Of a stretch of DNA of 64,000 bases, positions 29,401 through 41,420 are shown one piece after another. The notes under the pieces are model-generated. The model did not search any database. It worked only from the letters and a program-made list of their open reading frames with translations, and was not told where the DNA came from. Source of the DNA: an uncultured delta proteobacterium (lineage in GTDB: Bacteria > Myxococcota_A > Polyangia > Polyangiales > Polyangiaceae); the NCBI GenBank assembly GCA_963782055.1, contig CAWAIF010000003.1:4064001-4128000 (forward strand), given 5' to 3'. Numbering within the stretch: position 1 is the stretch's first letter; every line of letters begins with the position of its first letter. A program made the position numbers and the translations under genes.

Positions 29401-30606
29401 ATGGCCCTGCCCGAACGCATCGGTCGCTACGAAGTGATCCGACCGCTCGGCGAGGGCGGGATGGGCCGCGTCATGCTCGCGCGCGACTCGGTGCTGGGGC
29501 GCGAGGTGGCGGTGAAGGTCATGCGCGACGACCTCGGGCTGCCTCCGGAGGTGAAGCGCTCGCTCTTCGAGCGCATGCGCAACGAGGCCCGCGCGGCGGC
29601 GGCGGTGCGCCACCCCAACCTCGTCGTGCTCCACGACATGGGCGAGAGCGAGGACGTCGGCCTGTTCCTGGTGTTCGAGTACGTCAAGGGGCCGACGCTG
29701 CGCGACCGCCTGCAGGAGGGGCCGCTGCCACCGCTGGAGGTGGCGCGGATGGCGATCGAGCTCGGCGGGGCGCTCACCCGCGCGCACGAGGCGGGCGTCA
29801 TCCACCGCGACATCAAGCCGGAGAACGTGATCCTCAGCGAGAACGGCGCGGTGCTGACCGACTTCGGCATCGCGCGCGTGCCCGACTCCACCCTCACCAC
29901 GGCGGGGATGGTGCTGGGCACCGCCGCGTACTCGGCGCCGGAGGCGCTGGCGAAGGGGGAGTTCGGGCCGGCGTCGGACCAGTTCTCCCTGGCGGCGACG
30001 CTCTACGAGGCGCTCTCCGGGCGGCGCGCCTTCCCCGGCGACGACGCGCTCACCGTCGCCACGCGCGTGGCCACCGAGCAACCGGCCCCCATCACCGAGT
30101 CGGAGCCCGACGTGCGGCGGCGGCTGGTCCTCGGCCGGGCCGAGGCGGTGCTCCGCCGCGGGATGGCGAGGGACCCGGCGGGCCGCTACGCGAGCTGCCG
30201 CGCCTTCGGCGATGCGCTCGCCGCGTCCATCGACGCGCGCGTCTCCGGCGGCTTCGCCACCTTCCCGACGCACAGCACCTCGGTGGTGCCGAAGGCGACA
30301 CGCCGCTGGCAGAACGTGTTCGTCGGCGCGGCCATCCTGGTGATCGCGGCGCTGATCTACTTCGGCCGCCGCGGCACGTCGGACGGCGCCTCCCTCAAGC
30401 ACGCGGCGGACGACTTCGCCCGGACGGTGGGATCGGCGGAGGCGACGACGCCGCCGGCCTCACACACCACGCACCACCGCGTGACGCACAGCCACGACGA
30501 CGCCGGGGCGGCCGACGGCGAGCCGAGCGGCACGGCCTCCGCCCCGCTGCCGGTGCCCATCCCGACAGGGCCGCCCACGGCCTCCGGGCTCCCCCAGCCG
30601 TTCTGA
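29401..30606 (+). CDS. Membrane Ser/Thr protein kinase
   Basis: GEGGMG, VAVK, HRDIKPEN, DFG, YSAPE; TM helix near the C-terminus. Confidence 0.95.
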   Translation: MALPERIGRYEVIRPLGEGGMGRVMLARDSVLGREVAVKVMRDDLGLPPEVKRSLFERMRNEARAAAAVRHPNLVVLHDMGESEDVGLFLVFEYVKGPTLRDRLQEGPLPPLEVARMAIELGGALTRAHEAGVIHRDIKPENVILSENGAVLTDFGIARVPDSTLTTAGMVLGTAAYSAPEALAKGEFGPASDQFSLAATLYEALSGRRAFPGDDALTVATRVATEQPAPITESEPDVRRRLVLGRAEAVLRRGMARDPAGRYASCRAFGDALAASIDARVSGGFATFPTHSTSVVPKATRRWQNVFVGAAILVIAALIYFGRRGTSDGASLKHAADDFARTVGSAEATTPPASHTTHHRVTHSHDDAGAADGEPSGTASAPLPVPIPTGPPTASGLPQPF

Positions 30607-30681
30607 CCCGTTGCGCGCGGCGAGGGGAAGTTTGGTCGGCTGGGCCGTAAGACGCGGTACGCTCCGGGCCCGAGACTCACC

Positions 30682-31725
30682 ATGCGAAAGCTGCTTCTAC
30701 CCCTCACCGTCCTCCTCCTGCTCACCAGCACCACCGGGTGCAAGAAGCTCTTCCGCAAACGGTTCCACCACGACGCCGGCGCGTCGCCCCTGACGGTCGC
30801 CAGCACGGTGGGGAGCGCCACCGGCGCGCCGGACGGCGGCGAGCTCTCCGCGGCCGACGAGGCGCTGCGCCGCGGCGTGGAGCTCAAGTCGAAGGGCTGC
30901 CTCGTGGGCAACGCCAAGGAGTGCAACGACGTCGGCATCGACTACGAGGAGGGCCGCGGCGTCCCCCTCGACTACCTGAAGGCGGGCGACTTCTACCGTC
31001 AGGCGTGCGACGCGAAGTCCCCCGAGGGCTGCGCCAACCTGGGCGCGCTCTACGACGACGGCAAGGGCTACCCGCAGGACAAGGTGAAGGCCTCGGCCCT
31101 GTACCGCACGGCGTGCGACGGCGGCTCCAACCGTGGCTGCAACCACCTCGGCCTGCACTACCTGTACGCCCAGGGCGGCCACAAGCAGAACAACGCCAAG
31201 GCGGTCTCCCTCTTCACGCGCGCGTGCGACCACAGCGACGCCTACGCGTGCACCAACCTCGGCTACATGTACTGGAAGGGTCTCGGCGTGCGTCAGGACT
31301 TCGTCAAGACCGTCGCCCTCTACCGGGAGGGCTGCGACGGCGGCGACCCGAACGGCTGCCACAACCTGGGCGTGCAGCAGGAGAAGGGCGAGGGCACGCT
31401 CCAGAGCTACCTGCTGGCGTCGGTCTCGTACCGCAAGGGGTGTGACGGCGGGGCGCCGGGCGCCTGCGTCAACCTGGGCGTGCTCTACGAGGACGGGCAC
31501 GGCGTCATCAAGGACGACGCGACGGCCGCCACGTACTACGAGAAGGGTTGCGACGGCGGCAAGGCCACCGGGTGCAACAACCTGGGTCACCTCTACCAGG
31601 ACGGCCGCGGCGTGACGCGCGACATCACGAAGGCCAAGACCCTCTTCAAGAAGTCGTGCGATCTGGGGGACGCCCAGGCGTGCACGAGCTACGGCACCCT
31701 GCTGCACAAGGGCGCGCCACTCTAG
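30682..31725 (+). CDS. Sel1-repeat lipoprotein (Hcp-like, Cys-containing)
   Basis: Lipobox TTGC; about 7 repeats of AC..G...GC.NLG..Y..G.GV..D. Confidence 0.92.
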   Translation: MRKLLLPLTVLLLLTSTTGCKKLFRKRFHHDAGASPLTVASTVGSATGAPDGGELSAADEALRRGVELKSKGCLVGNAKECNDVGIDYEEGRGVPLDYLKAGDFYRQACDAKSPEGCANLGALYDDGKGYPQDKVKASALYRTACDGGSNRGCNHLGLHYLYAQGGHKQNNAKAVSLFTRACDHSDAYACTNLGYMYWKGLGVRQDFVKTVALYREGCDGGDPNGCHNLGVQQEKGEGTLQSYLLASVSYRKGCDGGAPGACVNLGVLYEDGHGVIKDDATAATYYEKGCDGGKATGCNNLGHLYQDGRGVTRDITKAKTLFKKSCDLGDAQACTSYGTLLHKGAPL

Positions 31726-31797
31726 ATCTTGCCCACGGGACGGGCGCCGGGGGTGAGGTGGACGGATGGGGCGCGCGCGCCTATGCTCGCGAGCCCC

Positions 31798-32766
31798 ATG
31801 TCGGCCGACACCGCGCACCTCGCGAAGCTCTACCGCCAGATGCACCTCATCCGCCGCCTCGAGGAGGAGGCGGCCCGCGCCTACGCGCACGGCAACATCG
31901 GCGGCTTCCTTCACCTGTACATCGGGCAGGAGGCCGTCGCGGTGGGCGCGTGCGCGGCGATGAAGGAGGACGACTACGTCATCACGACGTACCGCGACCA
32001 CGGCATGGCCCTCGCCAAGGGCATGGCGCCGGGCGTGCTGATGGCCGAGCTCTACGGCAAAAAGACCGGCTGCTCGCAGGGCCTCGGCGGGTCGATGCAC
32101 CTGTTCGACCCCGCGCACCACATGCTCGGCGGCTACGGGATCGTCGGCGGCCACATCCCCGTCGCCTCTGGCGTGGCGTTCGCCTCCAAGTACCGCAACG
32201 AGGGGCGCGTCGTGCTCTGCTTCTTCGGCGACGGCGCCGTCTCCATCCAGGGCTTCCACGAGGGCGTGTCCCTCGCGGCGCTGTGGAAGCTGCCCATCGT
32301 CCTGGTCTGCGAGAACAACGAGTACTCCATGGGCACGCCGCTCTCGCGCACCGTCTCGGTGGAGGACATCAGTCAGAAGGCCATCGGCTACGGCATCCCG
32401 CACGACCGCTTCTTCGCGACCGACGTGCTGGAGGTGGAGGAGCGCATCGGCGCCGCCATCGACCGCGCGCGCCGGGAGTCCACCCCCACGCTGGTGGAGG
32501 TGCGCACCTACCGCTTCCGCGGTCACTCCATGAGCGACCCGGCCAAGTACCGCACGGCCTCCGAGCTGGAGGAGCACAAGAAGCGCGACCCGCTCGTCTC
32601 CGCGCGCGAGCGCCTGCAGCAGGCGATGGAGGCCGCCGCCCTGAAGGCGCTCGAGGACGAGGTCGAGGACGAGGTCGCCAAGGCGCTGAAGTTCGCCGAG
32701 GAGAGCCCGCAGCCGGACCCCTCGGTGCTGGAGTCCACGACGTACGACGGCCCCTTCGCATACTGA
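31798..32766 (+). CDS. pdhA: Pyruvate dehydrogenase E1 alpha
   Basis: GFLHLYIGQEA, GGSMH, GDGA..ENN, YRFRGHSMSDP. Confidence 0.96.
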   Translation: MSADTAHLAKLYRQMHLIRRLEEEAARAYAHGNIGGFLHLYIGQEAVAVGACAAMKEDDYVITTYRDHGMALAKGMAPGVLMAELYGKKTGCSQGLGGSMHLFDPAHHMLGGYGIVGGHIPVASGVAFASKYRNEGRVVLCFFGDGAVSIQGFHEGVSLAALWKLPIVLVCENNEYSMGTPLSRTVSVEDISQKAIGYGIPHDRFFATDVLEVEERIGAAIDRARRESTPTLVEVRTYRFRGHSMSDPAKYRTASELEEHKKRDPLVSARERLQQAMEAAALKALEDEVEDEVAKALKFAEESPQPDPSVLESTTYDGPFAY

Positions 32767-32768
32767 CC

Positions 32769-33749
32769 ATGAAGACACTACGGTTTCGAGAAGCGCTGCG
32801 CGAGGCGATGATCGAGGAGATGGACCGGGACGACCGCGTCTTTCTCATGGGGGAGGAGGTCGGCCACTACCAGGGCGCGTACAAGGTCTCGGAGGGCATG
32901 CTGGAGCGCTACGGCGAGAAGCGGGTCATCGACACGCCCATCGCCGAGGGGGGCTTCGCCGGCATCGGCATCGGCGCGGCGATGGTGGGCCTCAGGCCCA
33001 TCGTGGAGTTCATGACCTGGAACTTCTCCGCCATCGCCTTCGACCAGATCCTCAACAACGCGGCCAAGATCCGGCAGATGTCCGGCGGCCAGCTCCACTG
33101 CCCCATCGTCTTCCGCGGGCCCAACGCGAGCGCCCGGCAGGTGGCGAGCCAGCACTCCCACGCGATGGAGCACTTCTACGCGACCATCCCCGGGCTGAAG
33201 GTCGTCGCCCCTGCCTTCCCGGCGGACGCCAAGGGTCTGCTGAAGACCGCCATCCGCGACGACAACCCGGTGCTGGTGATGGAGTCGGAGACGCTCTACT
33301 CGGTCAAGGGCGAGGTGCCCGACGACCAGGACGCCATCCCCCTCGGCCTGGCGCGCGTCGCCCGCCGCGGCACCGACGTGACCATCGCCGCCTACTCGCG
33401 GATGACGCACGTGGCGCTGGAGGCGGCCGAGCAGCTGGAGAAGGAGGGCATCTCCGCGGAGGTGATCGACCTGCGAAGCCTGCGCCCGCTCGACGAGGAC
33501 ACCCTCACCGCGAGCGTCCGCAAGACGCACCGGCTGGTGGTGGTGCACGAGGGCTGGCCCTACGGCGGCGTCGGCGCGGAGATCGCCGACCGCGTGCAGC
33601 GCCTCGCCTTCGACTGGCTCGACGCGCCCATCCTGCGCGTCACCACGCGCGACGTGCCCATGCCGTACAACGCGAAGCTGGAGCAGTACGTGATGCCGCA
33701 GCCGGAGCGCGTGGTCGCCACCGCGAAGCGCGTCATCCACAGGCAGTAG
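32769..33749 (+). CDS. pdhB: Pyruvate dehydrogenase E1 beta
   Basis: GEEVG.YQGAYKV, DTPIAE, FMTWNF, QHS, DLRSLRPLD. Confidence 0.96.
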   Translation: MKTLRFREALREAMIEEMDRDDRVFLMGEEVGHYQGAYKVSEGMLERYGEKRVIDTPIAEGGFAGIGIGAAMVGLRPIVEFMTWNFSAIAFDQILNNAAKIRQMSGGQLHCPIVFRGPNASARQVASQHSHAMEHFYATIPGLKVVAPAFPADAKGLLKTAIRDDNPVLVMESETLYSVKGEVPDDQDAIPLGLARVARRGTDVTIAAYSRMTHVALEAAEQLEKEGISAEVIDLRSLRPLDEDTLTASVRKTHRLVVVHEGWPYGGVGAEIADRVQRLAFDWLDAPILRVTTRDVPMPYNAKLEQYVMPQPERVVATAKRVIHRQ

Positions 33750-33757
33750 AGAGAACG

Positions 33758-35137
33758 ATGGCCAAGATCGTCGAGATGCCCAAGCTTTCGCCCACCATGG
33801 AGGAGGGCGTGCTCACCGCGTGGCACAAGAAGGAGGGCGACGCGGTGGACGTGGACGACCTCCTCGCCGAGGTGGAGACCGACAAGGCGACGATGGAGTT
33901 TCGCTCCTTCGACAAGGGCACGCTGCTGCGCCTGCTCGTCGCCGACGGCGCGAACGTCAAGCTGGGCCAGCCGGTGGCGATCCTCGGCACCCCAGGCGAG
34001 GACATCGCCGCGCTGGTCGCGCAGGCCGGCGCGACGATGCGCCCGGCGCCGGAGCATGCGCCCAAGGAGGCGCCGACACCCGCGCAGCCGCCCTCCCCGC
34101 CGCCTCGCGAGCGAGAGCCGGACACCGAGGCCCCCTCCGCCATGCGCAACCCGCCCAAGCTGGCGAGCGGCAGCGTGCTGGACCGCACCGAGCGCGAGCC
34201 GGAGCCTGTGGCGGCGGCGTCCGGCGAACGCGTCCTCGCCTCCCCCTACGTGCGCAAGACCGCGCGGGAGATGGGCCTCGACCTGCGCGGCGTCCACGGC
34301 AGCGGCACCGGCGGCCGCGTGGTCGCCGGGGACCTGCAGGGCCTCGGCGCCCAGACCCGCTCGACGGCGCTCGCGCGAGCGGCCGCGCCCAGCACCCTGC
34401 AGGCGCCCGCGGCCGGACCGTCGTATCCGGAGGACGAGGTCCGCCCTCTCTCGATGATGCGCAAGACCATCGCGCGGCGCCTCACGGAGGCCAAGCAGAC
34501 GGTGCCGCACTTCTACCTGACGGTGGACGTGGACATGGGGCCGCTGCTCGCCCTGCGCGAGCAGATCAACAGCGAGCTCGCCTCCGAGAAGACGGAGGAC
34601 GACAAGCCGCTGAAGGTCAGCGTGACCGACCTGCTCGTCAAGGCGTGCGCCTCGGCGCTGGTGCGCGTGCCGGAGTGCAACGCGTCCTTCACCCCGGAGG
34701 CGATCCTGGTGCACCGGCGGGTGGACGTCTCGATCGCGGTGGCGGTGACCGACGGCCTGCTCACCCCCGTCGTGCGCAACGCCGACCAGAAGAGCGTGGT
34801 CGCCATCGCGCGGGAGGTGCGCGAGCTCGCCGCGCGCGCGCGCCAGAAGAAGCTCCGCCCGGAGGAGATGAGCGACGGCACCTTCTCCATCTCCAACCTG
34901 GGGATGTTCGGCATCGACGCCTTCGCCGCGGTCATCAACCCGCCGGAGGGCGCCATCCTCGCGGTGGGCCAGGTGCGCGAGGAGCCGGTCGTCGTGGACG
35001 GCGCGCTCGGGATCGGCAAGCGCATGGCGATGACCCTCTCGTGCGATCACCGCGTCGTCGACGGCGCGGTCGGCGCGGCCTTCCTGGCCGAGCTGCGGGC
35101 GCTGCTGGCCCGGCCGATGCGCGTGCTCGCCGGGTGA
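33758..35137 (+). CDS. pdhC: Dihydrolipoamide acetyltransferase E2
   Basis: MPKLSPTMEEG, lipoyl ETDKAT, ASP..RK E3-binding region, DHRVVDG. Confidence 0.96.
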   Translation: MAKIVEMPKLSPTMEEGVLTAWHKKEGDAVDVDDLLAEVETDKATMEFRSFDKGTLLRLLVADGANVKLGQPVAILGTPGEDIAALVAQAGATMRPAPEHAPKEAPTPAQPPSPPPREREPDTEAPSAMRNPPKLASGSVLDRTEREPEPVAAASGERVLASPYVRKTAREMGLDLRGVHGSGTGGRVVAGDLQGLGAQTRSTALARAAAPSTLQAPAAGPSYPEDEVRPLSMMRKTIARRLTEAKQTVPHFYLTVDVDMGPLLALREQINSELASEKTEDDKPLKVSVTDLLVKACASALVRVPECNASFTPEAILVHRRVDVSIAVAVTDGLLTPVVRNADQKSVVAIAREVRELAARARQKKLRPEEMSDGTFSISNLGMFGIDAFAAVINPPEGAILAVGQVREEPVVVDGALGIGKRMAMTLSCDHRVVDGAVGAAFLAELRALLARPMRVLAG

Positions 35138-35157
35138 GTCGTGCTAGCGTGACGGCC

Positions 35158-36135
35158 ATGCGACCGCGCGCGATCGCCTCGCTGCTGGGCGTGCTCGCCG
35201 CCTCCACCGCGGCGTGGGCGGGCCGGCCCATCCCTCCCACACGCTTCTCCGACGGCCTGCCCGTCGCCGCGGGGGCCAAGGCCGGCGCCGAGGTCGCGGT
35301 CCTGCGCGCGCGCCCCTCCGGGCGGGTGCGCATCCCGGGCGCGACGTTCGTCATGGGCAGCACCGTGACCGAGCTGGAGCAGGCCGTCGCCCTCTGCGAG
35401 ACGCAGCCCTACGGTGGCGCGCGGCTGGTCGATGACTTCAGCGGCAACAGCCTCTCGGTGTGCGACCCGCGCGCCTTCGTCGAGGGCCCCGCGCACGACG
35501 TCACCCTCTCCCCCTTCGAGATCGACAGGACCGAGGTCCGCGTCGCCGACTACGCCCGCTGCGTCTCCGCCGGCGCGTGCTCCCCGCCGGGCTTCTCCAC
35601 CGGAGACCCTCGCTTCGACCGGCCAGACCTGCCGGTGGTGCTGGTCTCGTGGAACGACGCGCGCGACTACTGTGGCTGGGTGGGCGCGCGGCTGCCTACT
35701 GAAGCGGAGTGGGAGTACACGGCCCGCGGGGTCGGGCGCCGCGTCTTCCCGTGGGGCAACGTCTTCAACGGGCACCTGTGCAACCACGGCATGCTCGCGC
35801 GCGACCCGACGAACGCCCGGGATGGCTTCGCCGGCCTGGCCCCGGTCGGGTCCTTCCCCGACGGCGCGACGCCGCTCGGCATCCAGGACATGGCGGGCAA
35901 CGCCTCCGAGTGGGTGGCCGACACCGCGCGCGTGGGCAAGAACGGCAGCACCGAACGCGCGTACCTCCCGCAGGCCCAGACCAACCCGCTGGTGAGCGAG
36001 GGCGTCATGCACGTGGTCCGGGGCGGCTCCTACCTGGAGGGCCCCCAGGAGATGCGCACCGCCGCGCGCAACTTCCTCATCGTCTCCGCCCGGCGCGAGC
36101 ACGTCGGCTTCCGGTGCGCCGCGAGCGTGCGCTGA
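35158..36135 (+). CDS. Formylglycine-generating-enzyme (SUMF1) domain protein
   Basis: FVMGS, PAHDV, RTEV, RLPTEAEWE, DMAGNASEW, RGGS, GFRC. Confidence 0.92.
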   Translation: MRPRAIASLLGVLAASTAAWAGRPIPPTRFSDGLPVAAGAKAGAEVAVLRARPSGRVRIPGATFVMGSTVTELEQAVALCETQPYGGARLVDDFSGNSLSVCDPRAFVEGPAHDVTLSPFEIDRTEVRVADYARCVSAGACSPPGFSTGDPRFDRPDLPVVLVSWNDARDYCGWVGARLPTEAEWEYTARGVGRRVFPWGNVFNGHLCNHGMLARDPTNARDGFAGLAPVGSFPDGATPLGIQDMAGNASEWVADTARVGKNGSTERAYLPQAQTNPLVSEGVMHVVRGGSYLEGPQEMRTAARNFLIVSARREHVGFRCAASVR

Positions 36136-36136
36136 C

Positions 36137-37060
36137 ATGCGGATCGCCCACTTCTCCGACCTGCACGTGCTCTCCCTGGAGGGCGTCGGCCCCGCGCGAT
36201 TCCTCAACAAGCGCTTCAGCGGGTGGGTCAACCTGCGGTTGAAGCGCGGGCACACGCACCACGCCTCCTACGTGCGGGCCATCGCCCAGGAGGTCGCCCG
36301 GGCGAAGGTGGACCACGTCGCCATCACCGGCGACCTCACCAACCTCGCCCTGGAGCCGGAGTTCGCCGCGGCGCGCAGCATCCTGGAGGAGGAGCTGCAC
36401 CTCTCGCCCAAGGACGTGAGCATCGTCCCCGGCAACCACGACTTTTACACGCGCGGCGCGCTCCGGAAGCGGCGCTTCACCGAGTTCTTTGCACAATACA
36501 CGCAAGGCGACATCGACGTGGCGGTGGACATCAAGGCCGGCCACTTCCCGTACGTGAAGCTGCGCGGGCCGTGCGCGATCATCGGCCTCTCCAGCGCCGT
36601 GCCGCGCGCGCCCTTCGTGGCGGCGGGCGTCATCGGGGCGCCGCAGCTCGACGCCCTCTCCCGCGCGCTGGACCACCCGGAGGTGAAGCGCCGCACGCCG
36701 GTGCTGCTCGTCCACCACCCGCCGTACCTCCCGCCCTCCGCGCTCAAGGCGGCGATGGAGGGGCTGCGCGACGGCCGCGAGCTCGTCGCCCGCCTGGCGG
36801 GCGTGCGGCGTGGCCTCTTGCTCCACGGCCACCTTCACCGGCGCATCCGGCGAGTGCACCGGACCGACGCCGGCGAGATCCTCATCGTGGGGGCGACGAG
36901 CGCCTCCCTCCACCACGAGGCCGCGACGCGCATGAGCGGCTTCAACCTCTACGAGATCGACGACGCGACCGGCGAGATCGTCCGCGTGGAGGCGCACGTC
37001 CTCACCCCGGAGACGGGCGCGTTCAGCCTGGAGGATGTCCCCACCGGCGCCTGGACCTGA
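36137..37060 (+). CDS. Calcineurin-like metallophosphoesterase
   Basis: SDLH, TGDL, GNHD, HHPP, HGHLH. Confidence 0.93.
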   Translation: MRIAHFSDLHVLSLEGVGPARFLNKRFSGWVNLRLKRGHTHHASYVRAIAQEVARAKVDHVAITGDLTNLALEPEFAAARSILEEELHLSPKDVSIVPGNHDFYTRGALRKRRFTEFFAQYTQGDIDVAVDIKAGHFPYVKLRGPCAIIGLSSAVPRAPFVAAGVIGAPQLDALSRALDHPEVKRRTPVLLVHHPPYLPPSALKAAMEGLRDGRELVARLAGVRRGLLLHGHLHRRIRRVHRTDAGEILIVGATSASLHHEAATRMSGFNLYEIDDATGEIVRVEAHVLTPETGAFSLEDVPTGAWT

Positions 37061-37109
37061 GGGCGTTTCCGGGGGCGGCGCGCGCGCCAATGGCCGCCGC
37101 AGATCACGC

Positions 37110-37139
37110 TTGACCTGGCTGGCGCGCTTCTCCTAACGT
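37110..37139 (+). promoter_or_regulatory. Sigma70 promoter of the cold-shock gene
   Basis: TTGACC-N18-TAACGT, about 170 nt upstream of the ATG. Confidence 0.6.
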
Positions 37140-37309
37140 GCGCCGTCGCCTCGGGGGATCGTGCAGTCTGCACGCAATTTCGCCCGGGGCCGCGTGCCCG
37201 CGGCGTCCACTTGGAAGCCAGCCCGCGGGGGAGAAGCTCGAGGCCCGGGGTTGTGTTCGCCGGGCCGGTTCGAAGTGGAAGTTGCAATAGGTGGAAGTGG
37301 AGGCATCAG

Positions 37310-37525
37310 ATGGCACTGGGCAAGGTCAAGTGGTTCAACGACGAGAAGGGCTGGGGGTTCATCAAGCAGGATGAGGGGCCCGACGTCTTCGTGCACTACT
37401 CGCAGATCAACGGCGAAGGTCGTCGCCGCCTCTTCGAGGACGAGGTCGTGGAGTTCGAGATCAAGGAGGGGCCCAAGGGGCTGCAGGCGATCAACGTGAC
37501 GCGCCAGCAAGGCGCCCCGGCCTGA
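37310..37525 (+). CDS. Cold-shock protein (CspA family)
   Basis: GGAGG RBS; GKVKWFN, KGWGFI (RNP1), VFVHY (RNP2), GPKGLQA. Confidence 0.97.
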   Translation: MALGKVKWFNDEKGWGFIKQDEGPDVFVHYSQINGEGRRRLFEDEVVEFEIKEGPKGLQAINVTRQQGAPA

Positions 37526-37552
37526 CCCGCCCGCGTCCCAACAGGACGCGCC

Positions 37553-37597
37553 GAGCGCCCGCCCCGCCAGACCGCGGAGCGGGCGCTCTGCTTTTGT
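37553..37597 (+). terminator. Intrinsic terminator of the csp gene
   Basis: GAGCGCCCGC...GCGGGCGCTC followed by TGCTTTTGT. Confidence 0.7.
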
Positions 37598-37643
37598 GTC
37601 TTCCGCGCGCCCTCCGGGCCGTCGGTCCGCGCGACCGAGGCCC

Positions 37644-38840
37644 TCAGGGCTTGCCCTTCTCCAGCGTGTCCAGCTCGTTCAGGTTCTCCTTCACGCGCGG
37701 GTCGCTCGGGTCGAGCGCCTTCGCCTTGAGCAGCGCGGCGCGCGCCTCCGCCCGCGTCTTCGGGTCCTGCGCGAGCGCGACGCCCAGGCTGATCCACGCG
37801 CTGGTGAAGGTCGGGTCGAGGCGGATGGCCTCGCGGTACTGCGCCACGGCGTCGGGGCGGCGCCCGAGCATGCCGTACGCGTAGCCCAGGTTGACGTGGT
37901 ACGAGGGGCGCGAGGCGTCGAGCTGCACGGCACGCTCCAGCTCGTTGGCCCCGCGGGTGACGTCGTTCTTGGCGAGCAGCGCGGTGCCCAGGTCGTCGTG
38001 GGCGCGGGCGTCGTCGGGGGCGATGCGCGCCGCCACCTCGAAGGACTGCACGGCGTCGTTCACGCGGCCCATCATGAGCTCCACCGCGCCAAGGTTGCCG
38101 CGGCGCGGCGCGCTGCCCGGGTCGAGGGCGACCGCCCTGGCGAACTGGGGCAGCGCTTCGTCCTTGTGGCCGGTGGCGAGGAGCGCGGCGCCCAGCGCCG
38201 ACACCACCTCCGGCTCGTCGGGGAGGAGCTCCGCCGCCTTGCGCATGGAGGTGAGCGCGCCCTGGGCGTCGGAGGCGAGGAGCTGGGCGAAGCCGAGCTC
38301 CGCCCAGGCCGGCCCGTAGGTCTTGTCGTGCGCCGTGACGCGCTTCAGATCCTTGATCGCCGCGGCCACCGCCGCGTTGCCCTTGCCGGCGCCGTAGTCT
38401 GCCGCGACACCCGTCTTCGCGACGCGCACCCGCGCGAGGCCCACCGCCGGCCCGGGCCGCCTCGGCCCGAGCTTGCGCGCCGCCTCGTAGTGCTTGGCCG
38501 CCGCCGCAAGGTCACCGGCGCGCATCGCCGCGTCGCCCTGGTCCAGCTCGGCGTCCACCGGATCGTGTCCCGCCCCGGCGAGGGGCACCACGGTGGGCTT
38601 CGGCGGCGGCAGCGGCCCGTGCGCGTCCGCCGACGGGGCGGGCGCTCCCGCGTCGGAGGTGGCGGCGACGGGAGCGCCGGCGTCGGAGGCGGGCGTGACG
38701 GCGACGACGGTGTCGCCCCCGGGGCAGCCCGGATCGCCCGGACGGCACGCCGGGCTGGTCCCGCCCGAAGCCGCGGGGGTCGCCGCCGGCCCGCAGGCGG
38801 CGAGGAGGATGCCGAGTACGAATGCTCGTTCATGTCTCAT
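37644..38840 (-). CDS. TPR-repeat lipoprotein
   Basis: Lipobox LAAC; multiple TPRs (A...F..AV.LDP). Confidence 0.88.
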   Translation of the reverse strand: MRHERAFVLGILLAACGPAATPAASGGTSPACRPGDPGCPGGDTVVAVTPASDAGAPVAATSDAGAPAPSADAHGPLPPPKPTVVPLAGAGHDPVDAELDQGDAAMRAGDLAAAAKHYEAARKLGPRRPGPAVGLARVRVAKTGVAADYGAGKGNAAVAAAIKDLKRVTAHDKTYGPAWAELGFAQLLASDAQGALTSMRKAAELLPDEPEVVSALGAALLATGHKDEALPQFARAVALDPGSAPRRGNLGAVELMMGRVNDAVQSFEVAARIAPDDARAHDDLGTALLAKNDVTRGANELERAVQLDASRPSYHVNLGYAYGMLGRRPDAVAQYREAIRLDPTFTSAWISLGVALAQDPKTRAEARAALLKAKALDPSDPRVKENLNELDTLEKGKP

Positions 38841-39239
38841 GCTTCGTCACCACCGCCAGCGCGTGCGCCATGACGTCGCGCGCGGCCTCCATGATTCGCT
38901 CGTCCGCCGCCCGGCTGCGCAGCGGCACCACGCCGCCGCCCGGCGCGGTCGCCTCCTGCAGCACCCTGCACGCCGCGCGCACCGGCTCGGGGACGGTGGC
39001 GTCCTCGGCCAGCGCGTTCACGTGGTCGACGTAGGAGCGCCCCCAGCCCTCGCTGGGCTCCACGATGAGCACGCCGTTGAGCGCCATGCCCGCGGCGCGC
39101 CGCGCCCCGGCGAGCCCCGCGCGCGCGTCGTGGCGCGCGTACGCCTCCTGCGCGTGCCGGAGCTCGGTGAGCGCCGCCTGGATCCACTCGCGCGGCGAGA
39201 GGCGAAACAGCCAGTGGCTCTCGTCCCGCGCGAAGGGCA

Positions 39240-39240
<1 letters not shown>
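38830..39240 (-). CDS. Small all-helical protein, HEPN-like
   Basis: TGATG overlap with spoVR; EWIQAALTELRHA..ARRAAGMALNGVL..RSYVDH. Confidence 0.65.
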
Positions 39241-40802
<1,562 letters not shown>

Positions 40803-40848
40803 CGGCTCCTAGCTTAGCGCCTCCGCGGCGGGGCGTAAGGGCCCCGCG

Positions 40849-41379
40849 TCACAGGCAGTGGTCGGCGTAGTTGGCCACGAGGCTGCTGGCGCAGAAGGTG
40901 ACCTGCTGGTTGTTCTGCTTGAAGACGCAGCACATGGGGTTCGCCTTCTCGGTGCAGTCGGCGTTGGCCGAGCAGAAGCGCACCGTCTCGGTGGTGTTGC
41001 AGCTGAAGGAGAGCTGCGTCGCGCACTTGCTCGCGCACGCGCTGGTGATGGAGCTGATCGGGCAGCTCGGCGGCTGGCCCTGACCGAGGACGAGCTGCGC
41101 GCAGCAGAAGGGGGCGCCGCCGTCGCATGTCGTGGGGTCGGTGCAGCCGAAGTCGGCGTCGGGGATGTTCGCGTCGAGCATGGACGAGTCGCCCACGCCG
41201 GCGTCGGTGCTCGAGCCGTCGGTGCTCGAGCCGTCGGTGGAGGGCGCGTCGCCGGCGGCGTCGGGCACGGCCTGGTCGGCCGTGGCGTCGGCCGTGCTGC
41301 CGTCGGGGCCGGACGTCGAGTCGTCGCCGCCGCAGCCGAAGAGAAGGAGGCAGGCGAATCCAAGCGCGAGGGTCTTCAT
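40849..41379 (-). CDS. Cys-rich lipoprotein
   Basis: Lipobox LFGC; Asp/Ser/Thr linker; about 14 Cys in the C-terminal half. Confidence 0.8.
   Translation of the reverse strand: MKTLALGFACLLLFGCGGDDSTSGPDGSTADATADQAVPDAAGDAPSTDGSSTDGSSTDAGVGDSSMLDANIPDADFGCTDPTTCDGGAPFCCAQLVLGQGQPPSCPISSITSACASKCATQLSFSCNTTETVRFCSANADCTEKANPMCCVFKQNNQQVTFCASSLVANYADHCL
41202..41239. repeat. 15-bp tandem repeat (CGTCGGTGCTCGAGC x2.5) encoding STDGS linker units
   Basis: Read directly from the sequence. Confidence 0.8.
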
Positions 41380-41420
41380 GCGTCCCACCCTAGCACCTGC
41401 GGTGGCCGGCGCGTCGATCC

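Noticed and set aside
31798..35137. pdhABC lacking the E3 (lpd) gene
   Set aside because: E3 is often shared and encoded elsewhere; not unusual
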